From contig CAVTBU010000005.1 in the NCBI GenBank assembly GCA_963733035.1, forward strand, positions 992,001-1,056,000: DNA of 64,000 nucleotides. Direction: 5' to 3'. Source of the DNA: Pirellulales bacterium. GTDB lineage: Bacteria > Planctomycetota > Planctomycetia > Pirellulales > PALSA-1355. Within the stretch, counting starts at the first letter, position 1, and each line of letters begins with the position of its first letter. Positions 32,899 through 42,800 of this stretch are shown here, one piece after another. The notes beneath the pieces were generated by a model, which had not been told where the DNA came from, ran no database searches, and worked only from the letters and a program-made list of their open reading frames with translations. The position numbers and the translations under genes were made by a program.

Positions 32899-34185
32899 TT
32901 AGAACGGACCGAACGTTGCGTCCACATTTCCGCGGAGCACCTGCGCGCCCAAGGCAACTGCCCGTTCCTCGGTCCAGCCGCGGTCAACTACGAACCGTTC
33001 GGCTAGGACCTTCGCCAGAATACGCTTGTACATGGCGAACTTTGGCAATGCGAATTCAAGCTTGTACATGTCGCTGTAATAACCGATCTGTTTCGTACGC
33101 GGCACCGCTTCGAGCCGAGCGGCCGCGTCGTGCTCGATATACGTTGGCGTGTTGGAATACCACCAGTGACCGTTGCACAAGACATTCGGGAAAATCCAGC
33201 TGTAACTGACCAGTTCCTGGTTGGTGACACTGGCAAGTACCGAGATCGGGAATCGCACTTGGGGAAAGGCGTTAAATAGTCCTTGGTACTGAATCAACGA
33301 GACGCGGCTATCGTATAAATCACGCCCCTGATGGACGCCATCGGCATAGACGCCGCGATTGACGCCAATCATCAAATCGAACGGTAAACGATACTCTGCA
33401 CAAAACTCGGCGAGCGTCCAAAATACAAAACCCCCAAGCTCCTGTCGTCGTTGCTGGGAAGATGAAAGGCCATGCCTGAAAACATCATCGACTGCGGCAC
33501 TCGCTTGCGCATCACTAACGTCGGTGGGTGAAAAATCCGGCGGCAGCGAAATAGCGCATGCGCGGGCGTTCCTTTGCGTGAAGTACTCAAACAGGGTGCC
33601 AATCGCCGAGCGTAGCGTGGCTGCGTCGCGGACGGCAGTGCCGGCAATCTTATCGAGTCGCTGACGCACGCTGGGCTGGGCAAGGTGAAAAACAAGGTCG
33701 TCGGTGCGCAGGCAGGGAATATATTTCTTCGTGTCAAAGCCCGCCAATGCGTCGTCGAAGTCGTTTGTGAGAAACACCGCTTCGAGTTTGCTTTGCTCGA
33801 GCACACGCTCGGCCCAGTCGGGTTGCTGCATCAGGGTCGCAGCTCGATCGTAAAGTGCCTCCCAGTTGTCAGCGGTCACGGCTTCCATCCGAAAGTCGAA
33901 AAATGCCCGCGACATTTCGATCAACCAACTCGACTGAATTGTGTTTTCGAGCGCCCCGAGATGCTCGACCAGGCGTCCGACTTTCTCTTTCGGGTCGAGG
34001 CCTTCCTGTTCGATATGATCCTTGGGCATACCGGCCGAGTGGGCGAGCTCGGTGTAGTAGTGGTAACCCAGGATGTCGGCAAGCGTATCGGAGGCCGGTT
34101 TTAGCGCATTGATGTGGGTGTGGGGATCGATCAGTACCAGATCAGCAAGGGCATCGTATAGTCGCGTGCGGAGTAGATCAGACAT
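32899..34185 (-). CDS. uxaC: glucuronate isomerase-like amidohydrolase
   Basis: IDPHTH, YHY, TNDFDD, GHWWY, YYSD. Confidence 0.75.
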   Translation of the reverse strand: MSDLLRTRLYDALADLVLIDPHTHINALKPASDTLADILGYHYYTELAHSAGMPKDHIEQEGLDPKEKVGRLVEHLGALENTIQSSWLIEMSRAFFDFRMEAVTADNWEALYDRAATLMQQPDWAERVLEQSKLEAVFLTNDFDDALAGFDTKKYIPCLRTDDLVFHLAQPSVRQRLDKIAGTAVRDAATLRSAIGTLFEYFTQRNARACAISLPPDFSPTDVSDAQASAAVDDVFRHGLSSSQQRRQELGGFVFWTLAEFCAEYRLPFDLMIGVNRGVYADGVHQGRDLYDSRVSLIQYQGLFNAFPQVRFPISVLASVTNQELVSYSWIFPNVLCNGHWWYSNTPTYIEHDAAARLEAVPRTKQIGYYSDMYKLEFALPKFAMYKRILAKVLAERFVVDRGWTEERAVALGAQVLRGNVDATFGPF

Positions 34186-34288
34186 AGTCCAACAAGGGTA
34201 ATAATTGGGAGAAGTGGAAACGACTTGCCAACCCAATCTGTCACTTGCGACGACAACATGCAAGCCGAGCCGGCTGCGCCGTTCGATC

Positions 34289-35092
34289 TCAAGTCGTCAA
34301 CGGCAAGTCTTCGCTCAGAAATGACAACCAGTGTCGCGCAACCGTGGCCTTGTCGTCGCGCCGATCGACCAAGACGCCTAGCATTCTGGCCCGCAATATC
34401 ACGCCTTTTTCGAGCCGGTTGGCGAACAGCTCGTGGCGCAATTGCAAGCGAAACTCCGTGCCGTGCAACCACCCGTCCCACGACGACGATTGTGCATCAG
34501 CGGGTTGGATCATTTCCGCATAGCTATACTGCCGGCCGGGCAGTCGAAACAGGTAACATTGAGGAGCCCCCGGTGTACTATCGGGGTCCGCTTCGTTCGA
34601 CGGCGGGACGATACTGGTGAATGTTCCAGTTTCTGCGTCGGTGAGGCGAAATGCCTCGCCGGCGAGCAGTTGGCTGCGGATGGCGAACTGCGGGCAACTA
34701 TCGAGCAGCGACGTTTGCACCGAGGCCACGAGTTCCACTGTTGAAATTGCGCCTTTGCGATCGTGAGCCGTGGTCCGCCAATAGATTTGCGTACGCATCT
34801 GCGGCGCTGGACGATCGTTGTAGGTGACAACTAGGTCGCCACCGCGCACATAGCGATCGATGTCTGCGGCGGATTCACTGGCCGGAGTCGGGGGCAACTC
34901 GGGTGCAAGAGGATGAAAGCCGGCGATCACCTGTCCATCAACTCTGACTTGTTGCAATCCGCCAGCGGGATTTGTCGGATCGACGACCGCCAAAAACCGC
35001 TCTAGTTGAAGACAAATCGTGCGATCGTCTACGTCCTGCCACGGCCGCATGGTGTCGGAATCCGTCGGATCAAAACTATCGAAGGAGGGCAA
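34289..35092 (-). CDS. hypothetical protein (alternative start 35050)
   Basis: YVRGGDLVVTY, YAEM, LEKGVILRAR, C-terminal LPLTT. Confidence 0.7.
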   Translation of the reverse strand: MPSFDSFDPTDSDTMRPWQDVDDRTICLQLERFLAVVDPTNPAGGLQQVRVDGQVIAGFHPLAPELPPTPASESAADIDRYVRGGDLVVTYNDRPAPQMRTQIYWRTTAHDRKGAISTVELVASVQTSLLDSCPQFAIRSQLLAGEAFRLTDAETGTFTSIVPPSNEADPDSTPGAPQCYLFRLPGRQYSYAEMIQPADAQSSSWDGWLHGTEFRLQLRHELFANRLEKGVILRARMLGVLVDRRDDKATVARHWLSFLSEDLPLTT

Positions 35093-35100
35093 AAGTCGAA

Positions 35101-35258
35101 AATAAAAAAACCCCGCCGCTCGCGCGAGGCGAAACGGCGGGGCCGGAACAGAGAAGAGGCCGATCAGTTTGCGAGCTGCAAGAATAATTTTGGATAAGGC
35201 CGACTGCCAAAAGACAGTCCTATGCTCGCGAACTCGGGGCTACTCCCTCCGCTCGCTG
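35101..35258 (-). ncRNA. candidate structured small RNA or attenuated leader ending in an intrinsic terminator
   Basis: Promoter TTGCTT-N16-TAAGAT at 35262-35289; several hairpins; CCCCGCCG...CGGCGGGG followed by a U-run. Confidence 0.5.
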
Positions 35259-35354
35259 TTGATCTTACCACAATTGCGCACGCAAGCAATAGTCTGCGAG
35301 AATTTTTTCTCACAATTTACAGCCGTGTCAGTCTCCAGGGGGGGAATCGGATTG

Positions 35355-35383
35355 TTGGCGGAGTCCGACCGCTTTCCTATAAT
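35355..35383 (+). promoter_or_regulatory. sigma70-like promoter for suhB
   Basis: TTGGCG-N17-TATAAT. Confidence 0.55.
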
Positions 35384-35435
35384 CCCTGCGCGTAATAACC
35401 AACTTTCGGATCAGTGATTTCGCAGGACGCCCCTA

Positions 35436-36221
35436 GTGCCCGACTTTCTAACGCTTTGTGAACATGCGGCCCGCGCCGGAGGTGACAAGCTGCTCCAATG
35501 GGTTGGGCGTTTCAACGTGCGTGAAAAGGGTCCCCGAGACCTGGTCACGGAGGCTGATCTGGCCTCGCAAGAGGCGATTAGGAACGTCATTCAAGCAGCC
35601 TTTCCCGACCACGATTTCGTCAGCGAGGAGGGGGACGGGCCGGTGCGCCTCGACGGAAAGTACTGCTGGGTGGTCGATCCGCTAGACGGTACGACAAATT
35701 ACGTCCACCAAATTCCCCATTACGCGGTTTCCGTGGCACTCCTTGAGCACGGCACGCCGCTCGTGGGAGTCATTCATGACCCAGTCAATAACGAGTGTTT
35801 CGCTGCTCAACGCGGGCGCGGGGCAACTTTGAACGGCCAGTCCATCCACACGAGCGGAGTTAGCGATATTGCACAAGCCGTGGTAGCGGCAAGTTTTGCC
35901 GCCGAAGTCCAATTTCCGTCGCCAGAGGTCGATCAGTTCGTAGCGGCTGTCCAGGCGACTCAGGGTGTCCGTCGCACTGGCTCGGCCGCCTTAAATCTCT
36001 GTTACGTGGCATCAGGACGGTTCGATGCGTTTTGGGCGCTTAGCACGAAGGCTTGGGACGTGGCGGCCGGAGTGTTGCTGGTGGAGGAGGCGGGCGGAGC
36101 CGTCACGCGGCTCGATGGAGGACCGTTTGACTTGAGTGAGCCGCGTCCGGTGGCCACGGCCAGCGCGGCCTTGCAGAATCGATTCTGTAGGCTGCTCATC
36201 GATGCCAGGCCTTTGCGCTAA
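35436..36221 (+). CDS. suhB: inositol monophosphatase family protein
   Basis: DLVTEAD, SEE, WVVDPLDGTTNY, GSAAL, WDVAAG. Confidence 0.9.
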   Translation: MPDFLTLCEHAARAGGDKLLQWVGRFNVREKGPRDLVTEADLASQEAIRNVIQAAFPDHDFVSEEGDGPVRLDGKYCWVVDPLDGTTNYVHQIPHYAVSVALLEHGTPLVGVIHDPVNNECFAAQRGRGATLNGQSIHTSGVSDIAQAVVAASFAAEVQFPSPEVDQFVAAVQATQGVRRTGSAALNLCYVASGRFDAFWALSTKAWDVAAGVLLVEEAGGAVTRLDGGPFDLSEPRPVATASAALQNRFCRLLIDARPLR

Positions 36222-36419
36222 GTTACAGCGTCGTAACAATTTGACGCCGCCAACCGGAGTGAATTCGCAGCCGCGTCTGCGAACACGCGCAGATGCGGTA
36301 TCCCGTGGCAATAGTTTTGAGGTTGCGGGCGAATCGAATTAGACTGAAAGGTGATTTCTCCCATCTACTTTCGCAATACCTAACCGGTTTGGGCGTGCTC
36401 GACGCGTGGCCGGCAGCTC

Positions 36420-39400
36420 ATGGGCGTTTTTGCCATGCGACCGCGACTCTGGAAAACCGGGGGGCTATTGTTCTTCGCGATGGCCAACAGCCTTTTTGCG
36501 CTCGGTGTGTTGGCTCGAGCCCAGGACGAGTCGTCCGCTCCGAACGGCGCGACGGCCGATGCCGCAAGCCCCCTGACGGCCAAGTCGGCAGAGAATGCCA
36601 ACGAAGCTTTACCCTTCGAAGTCAAGCCTGGAGTTTTCTATGTCAGGGACGAGCACGGCAAGTTGCAGCCCGTGCCAGGCATGTGGACCTACTCACAACT
36701 CATGGAGCTGTGGAAAGACAAACATCAGCTTGCCGGTGGGAACCAGCGACCAGCCTACAGCTTGGAGCAACTAGAGATTTCCGGTACGGCATCAAACACG
36801 AGCGCCGAACTGATTGCACGCTTCAAAATTGTCGTACACGAATCCGGCTGGACCGGTGTGCCTCTGCGACTCAACGGAGCGGTGATGCGGGACGCGGCGG
36901 CCTACGACGGTCCCGGTCAGCAGGTCATGCACTTTGACCCTGACGAAGATGGCCACGTAGCCTGGATCCGCAGCCAAGCCGATGAGACCCACACATTGAC
37001 GCTCAAGCTACTGTCCACTGTCGAACAAGTTGGGCCGCAGTCGCGACTAAAATTGAGTCTTCCCCGTGCCGCGGACGGTCAGTTGCAACTACAGGTGCCC
37101 CTGGGGAATGCGGTCGCAGAAGCAAGTGAGGGCAGCATCCTTGATGCCGTGCGGCCACTGGCGGGCGGAAAGACGGAATTGCGCGTGATCGGCGTGGGCG
37201 GCGACTTCGAGCTCACTTGGCACCCCGCCGACAGCAACGTCGCGAGCGTGCCAACCATTCTGGAGGCAAGCACCACACAGCTCATTCGCATCAACGGACG
37301 CAGTGCGAACACAGAGGTCACGCTCAAAGTCGGCAGCCTAGGGAGTGAATTCGATCATTTTCAAGTTCGGTTGCCGCCTGGAGCAGACTACGTCGGAACG
37401 CCCGAAGCCGGTGTTTCGCTTGTGGCCGTGGACGTCTCAGCGGCCGAGGGCAAGCTCTACGATGTGCGACTCGAGAAGAAAACAACCGGTCCGGTGGAAG
37501 TGCAACTTGTTACGGAACGAGTGCACAATGCGGCCCAGGACAAGAGCGCGCTGGAACTTGCCGGGTTCGAAGTTGTAGGAGCGGTGCGACAATGGGGTAC
37601 GATCGCAGTACAGGTCGAGGGAAACTGGCATGTCGTCTGGGGTGAATCGGAACATGTGCGCGCGGTCGATGACGTCGAGACGAACGTTCCTCGCGATGAA
37701 TTTGTCGCCGGTTTCGAATACTTTGTGCAACCCTATTCATTGACAGCTCGGGTCGTGGAGCAAACGACTCGCATACGCGTCGAGCCGCAATACATACTGC
37801 TGGTGAGTGGTGACGACGTTCGTCTTCAAGCGCGCCTGAAGTACATTATTCGTGGCGCCAAGGTGCGTACACTTTCGGTCGATGTTCCAGGCTGGGAAAT
37901 CGACTCCGTGGGTCCGGCAAGCCTGATTAATGTGGATACTGCCATCGCGGACGTGGACCAGACATTGACCATCCCGCTCCTGCAGGCCACTAGCGGTGAA
38001 TTGGAACTGACTTTCGAAGCACGCCAGAGACTTGTCCCCGATGCCGAGGACGTCCGACTCGACTTGCCCCGACCGAAGGGGGACGTGATGGCGGCGGACG
38101 TGGCCGTCCTCAGCGACAATCACATCGAATTACTGCCGCGGCTCGAGGAATTGCGACACCTCGCGCCGCAAGCGATGCAGCCGGCAATGACGTTGCCCCA
38201 GCGTCAACAAGAGCCCTTGTTCTATCGCACGACGGGAGAGGAAGCTCAATTTGTGGCCGATTTGAAAGCTCACGGACAAGAAATCTCCACAACGATCAAC
38301 ACCTTGCTACGCGTGGGCGAAACAGAAACGGTTGTTGAGGAAACGATTGCTTACCGTGTCGCGTATCGGCCGACGGACCACTTTACGCTGATCGTGCCAG
38401 CGACCATTCGACCGGAGCGGCTGACAATTCAATACGAAGGCCAGCAGCTCCTTCCCACGCCCGATCGGGACCATTCCACATCCGAGGGCAGTGCAATCCC
38501 CGTGCGTGTCGATCTTCCAGCGCCGACCATCGGTCGCTGTGAATTGCATGTCAAATACGCTCCACGACACGAAAAACCCCCCACGCAGGCCAGTGCCCTG
38601 GTGGCCGTGCCACTGGTCGTCCCTGGCGAAGGGGCCCTCTCCGACAACCGGCTGGAAGTTGTCGCCGAGAAGGACATCACCGCCAGTTACCCGCAGGGTC
38701 CGTGGACGGCTGAGGGTGGAGTGACCACGGTTGGCGACGGTGCGAGTATTGACGATCCTTCCGCGTTAACGCTGACTGCCACGCGCGCGATTGGCGAAGT
38801 GACGCTCGCCGTCAGCTCCAAGCAAAGAACTATCGAAACGTCTACGGCCATCGAACGGGCGGTCATTGAGACTCAACTGACTGATCGGGTGCGGCAAGAT
38901 CGGGCCATGTTTCAGTTGACGACCGATCGCCAGCGACTCGATGTCAGCCTGCCCGAGGGTGCCGACCGGCAAACGCTCTTTCTAATCGTCGATGGCATTC
39001 GAGTGGAACCCGAGGCCGTGGTCAAACGCATGGTCACCGTGCCCCTGGCGGAAGGTCGACGCGACCATTCGCTGGAGTTGCGCTACCATTTCGCAAGTCG
39101 GCCGGCACAGGGTTCACTCGTACTTGAAGGTCCCCAGATCCCGTCCGCGCGTTGGGTCCAGCAATTGTATTGGCAATTGGTCGTTCCGTCGGGCGAGCAT
39201 GTCCTTTTCACGCCACGCCACTATACCGAGGAACTTGCCTGGACTTGGGCTGACTTCTTCTGGCAGCGCAAGCCCACGCTGGGCCAGGCTGATTTGCACC
39301 GCTGGGTCAACTCGACGGCGCTATCTGATTTGTCGGGCGGAAATCCGGATTCGCTGCCATACGGCCACAAGGGCCAATTGCAATTCGCCAACAACCGCTA

Positions 39401-39836
39401 CCTTTTTAGTACGGTGGGCTCCGTGCAGCCGCTCGCTCTTTATACGTTGAGTCGAGCTCGTCTCGTGTTGCTGGCATCGCTCCCGCTACTCGTTGTAGGA
39501 CTCGTCTTGATCTATTTTCCCGCGTCGCGGCATCCGGCAATATTACTCTTGCTGGCTGTTGCCTTGGCGACCAGCGGGATCGTGGTGCCGCAATTGACGA
39601 TACTTCTGGCGCAAGCATCACTACTGGGCCTTGTGCTTGTTGCGCTTGCTGCGGCGTTGACTTCCCTCATGCCGCGTGCCAGACGCGAGTCGGCAGCACC
39701 GATTCGTGGCAGTTCGTATGCAGTAATCGAACGGAGCGCAACAGAGCTGTACCACCGTTCGCCACCCAGCGGTAGCCATCCTGCCTCAACCGCAACAAAT
39801 CCTCTGGTGCCCACCTCTCCCGAAGGCGAGTCATGA
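36420..39836 (+). CDS. large hypothetical membrane-anchored protein (1138 aa)
   Basis: Signal peptide, long beta-rich body, ~3 C-terminal TM helices. Confidence 0.85.
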   Translation: MGVFAMRPRLWKTGGLLFFAMANSLFALGVLARAQDESSAPNGATADAASPLTAKSAENANEALPFEVKPGVFYVRDEHGKLQPVPGMWTYSQLMELWKDKHQLAGGNQRPAYSLEQLEISGTASNTSAELIARFKIVVHESGWTGVPLRLNGAVMRDAAAYDGPGQQVMHFDPDEDGHVAWIRSQADETHTLTLKLLSTVEQVGPQSRLKLSLPRAADGQLQLQVPLGNAVAEASEGSILDAVRPLAGGKTELRVIGVGGDFELTWHPADSNVASVPTILEASTTQLIRINGRSANTEVTLKVGSLGSEFDHFQVRLPPGADYVGTPEAGVSLVAVDVSAAEGKLYDVRLEKKTTGPVEVQLVTERVHNAAQDKSALELAGFEVVGAVRQWGTIAVQVEGNWHVVWGESEHVRAVDDVETNVPRDEFVAGFEYFVQPYSLTARVVEQTTRIRVEPQYILLVSGDDVRLQARLKYIIRGAKVRTLSVDVPGWEIDSVGPASLINVDTAIADVDQTLTIPLLQATSGELELTFEARQRLVPDAEDVRLDLPRPKGDVMAADVAVLSDNHIELLPRLEELRHLAPQAMQPAMTLPQRQQEPLFYRTTGEEAQFVADLKAHGQEISTTINTLLRVGETETVVEETIAYRVAYRPTDHFTLIVPATIRPERLTIQYEGQQLLPTPDRDHSTSEGSAIPVRVDLPAPTIGRCELHVKYAPRHEKPPTQASALVAVPLVVPGEGALSDNRLEVVAEKDITASYPQGPWTAEGGVTTVGDGASIDDPSALTLTATRAIGEVTLAVSSKQRTIETSTAIERAVIETQLTDRVRQDRAMFQLTTDRQRLDVSLPEGADRQTLFLIVDGIRVEPEAVVKRMVTVPLAEGRRDHSLELRYHFASRPAQGSLVLEGPQIPSARWVQQLYWQLVVPSGEHVLFTPRHYTEELAWTWADFFWQRKPTLGQADLHRWVNSTALSDLSGGNPDSLPYGHKGQLQFANNRYLFSTVGSVQPLALYTLSRARLVLLASLPLLVVGLVLIYFPASRHPAILLLLAVALATSGIVVPQLTILLAQASLLGLVLVALAAALTSLMPRARRESAAPIRGSSYAVIERSATELYHRSPPSGSHPASTATNPLVPTSPEGES

Positions 39837-42800
39837 GTTGGCGGCAATACTTCGTTGCGTCGTGCAGCTTGCTGTGCCTGACGATGGGGACGCTCGTCTG
39901 CCAGGCAGAGGAGCCGCAGAGAGAACAAACGCGCCTTCGCTTCCATCGGTTGTACCTCCCGGAAGAGGATATCGAAGCCCGTACTTGGAATCAGCGTTAT
40001 CTGCCCGTCGATGCCGAAGCATTTGAGCGCGACCTGCAAACCGTCTCGAACGGCGAACGCGGTGTTCCCACAGCCTCTCGAGCCCGCTTTGAACGTGCCG
40101 AATACCGTGCTCAGCTGGTAGGCGATGATTTACTCGTGGGCAGCTTTCAGCTGCATCTTGAGTTTCCGGCTGGCCCGTCGACGCTGTTGTCGCTGACTCC
40201 GTGCAGTTTGGCCATCGAATCAGCAAGATGGAGTGAGCAAGCAAAGCACGCCGTCCTGGGAGCCGACCCAACGGGAGACTTGTGCTTACTCGTCGAGGGG
40301 AGGCAACTTGAATGTGAATGGTCGCGGCGCGGCGAGCGAACGGCGTCGGGCACGGTCAAGTTTCGACTTGGATTGCCAGCCTGTCCAATGTCGCGCATTG
40401 AGGTTACCGTCCCTAACGGCGCAGAAGTTGTCGCCGATCATGGCGTGGTGTCTCGACGGGAGAGCGATCCTGGCGAGGCGAGCCGATGGCTAGTGGAGCT
40501 GGGAGGAAATTGCGAGGTCGAACTTCGCATCGTGCCAGACGAAGCCGGACGAGACCGCCGGTCCCTTACGCTCTTGCGACAGGCGACGACCTATCAGTTT
40601 TCCTCCCGCGGGATCAATGTTGGAGCCCAATTGCGACTTGACGTACACGGAGAGCCGCTCACCCGTCTGCTGGTCGACCTTGATCCCTCTTTGCATCTAA
40701 TCGAGGCGAAGTTTGGCGAATTGGCCCTGCCTTGGTCAGCCACGACCGACTTGGAAACCGGACAATCACACGTCCATTTGGATTTTCCAGAACCGCTGGT
40801 AGGAACCGGTCGAGTGCTTCAGCTTTCGGCCGTTGCGCCGCTCACAACCGGTCACCGTTTCATGTTGCCTCGCGTACAACCTCAGGGTGTTGCTTGGCAA
40901 GAAGGCACGGCCGACCTGATCATCCCCAGCGCACTCCTACTCGAACAACTCCTGACCACCGGTTGCCGCCAGTCACGCGTGACGGCACTCCCGGCGCCTC
41001 TGGCCGGCGAATCGATTGAAATACAGAGCTTCGAAGCAGGCGCCAAGGTCGAGGTTCTGGTCGATGAGCCCCGTAAACGCCTGGCGTTGCAGAGAGCGGC
41101 GGTCGTTGAAGTGAAAACGGACGTGATCGCCAACCGCTGTGCGCTGATCGTATTAGGCGAGCAGGGGCGGAGGCACCGCGTCAAGATTCCCCTTCATGAC
41201 GGCTGGATCGTCGAAACGGTGGAGAGCTCTCTCCCCAATCAACCGGTCGATTGGGACTTGCATGAATCTCAAGACAAGCCCGCTGAGTTGCATGTTGAAT
41301 TAGTGGAAGGGAGCCGAATTGTCGTACAAGGTCACCGTGTGCGCCCTCCCGCCGACACCTTCGAGGCAAGCCAGCTGCTGATGCTCGACTTCACGGCGTT
41401 CCCAGGGGGCACCAGCCTAGTTAGCGTACGTGCTTCCGAGGGGCTGGAACTGCGCTGGAGCGGAACCGAAACGCTGCAACGCCTTGACGCCGCCGAGTTG
41501 TCGACGGAACAACTCGGCTTGTTCCCGCGATTGCCCGAGGGGGTATTGTTTTCCGAGGACGAACAATTCGTGCGATCCCGCGTCAGTGTCTCTCGTCGCC
41601 GCCCCAGCTACTCGGCCGATATCCATATCGATGCGGCACTACAGAACGAAGCCCTAACCGAGACGTTCACTATTCTTTGCACACCGGACGCGTCCCGCAT
41701 TGAGAGGTTGCTGATCCACTTCTCACAACCGCGCACGGAGCCACTCGAATGGCGTCTGGCCGGTGGAAACAATTCCGGACAGTTTTCGGCGAGAAAACTG
41801 TCAGCCGGCGAGCAAGCCAAAGCTGGCATTCAAGCGGCTGGCGAAGTGTGGGAGATTTTGCTTCAGTTGGCACGCCCGGGTGTCTTCGAGCTTCGCGCCG
41901 AGCGCAAGGCTCACTTTACTGTCGAGACGCCGCTTTCGCTCGTTTCCGTTGAGGGCGCCACCACGCAACGTGGCACGCTCTCTATTCGCGCATTGGGCGA
42001 CACTGGAATTCGCCTTGAAAATCGCGGGCTGATGTCGGTTCCGGCCGAACTTCTCGATGACGACTATTATCAGACCGCTCGCGCGACCTATCACTACCAA
42101 CCAGCCGATGACGATTTCGAGACAGATCCTCTAGTAACAGTTGCCCCAGCATCACCCCAGCAGGCAGACACCGGTGCCTGGGTCTGGGATGTTCGGCTTA
42201 TGTCACGTTTTGCTAGCGATGGTGCCGTCGCACACGAGGCTGTCCTGCACATCGAGACCGCCGGGCGCCGTGCCTTTCCCTTAGAACTCCCTGCAGGCAC
42301 GACACTCCAAGAGGCGTGGATCGATACGGAACGATTGGCGCTGTCTGATAAGGGGCCTTGGAACATCGAGCTACCGGCCGGGCGGAGCCGTGTTACTCTC
42401 GCCTTGCGTTTTTCGGCCGTTGCCCACCTTCCCCTCTTGACATCAGAAATAGAACCTCCCGTTCCAGACATCGGGCTGCCGGTCGTGCAGCGTCAATGGA
42501 CCGTTTGGTTACCACCGGAATACCGCCTGAGCGACGCGGAAGGGTATGCGCAACATGAACTTCTTCCCCCACTGAGCTGGTCCGAGCGATTGTTTGGGCC
42601 TTTGGGACGGAGTTCGGCCGACCACATCTTCAATCCGCTCGTGGCTGCGGATTGGCGCGAGATATTTCGCGCCAGCAGCGATATGGAGTCGGCGCGGGCC
42701 GCTCAGAATCAACTCCTAGAGAGTTTTGGCACGCTGGCTGCCACCTATGCCGACGACGAGGAACTTACTTGCGGACAGCTATTGTCAGCCGCGAGCGAGA

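Noticed and set aside
35160..35265. SAM-I riboswitch call
   Set aside because: Only the P2-like part matches; the P3 core is missing and the downstream genes are not methionine-related.
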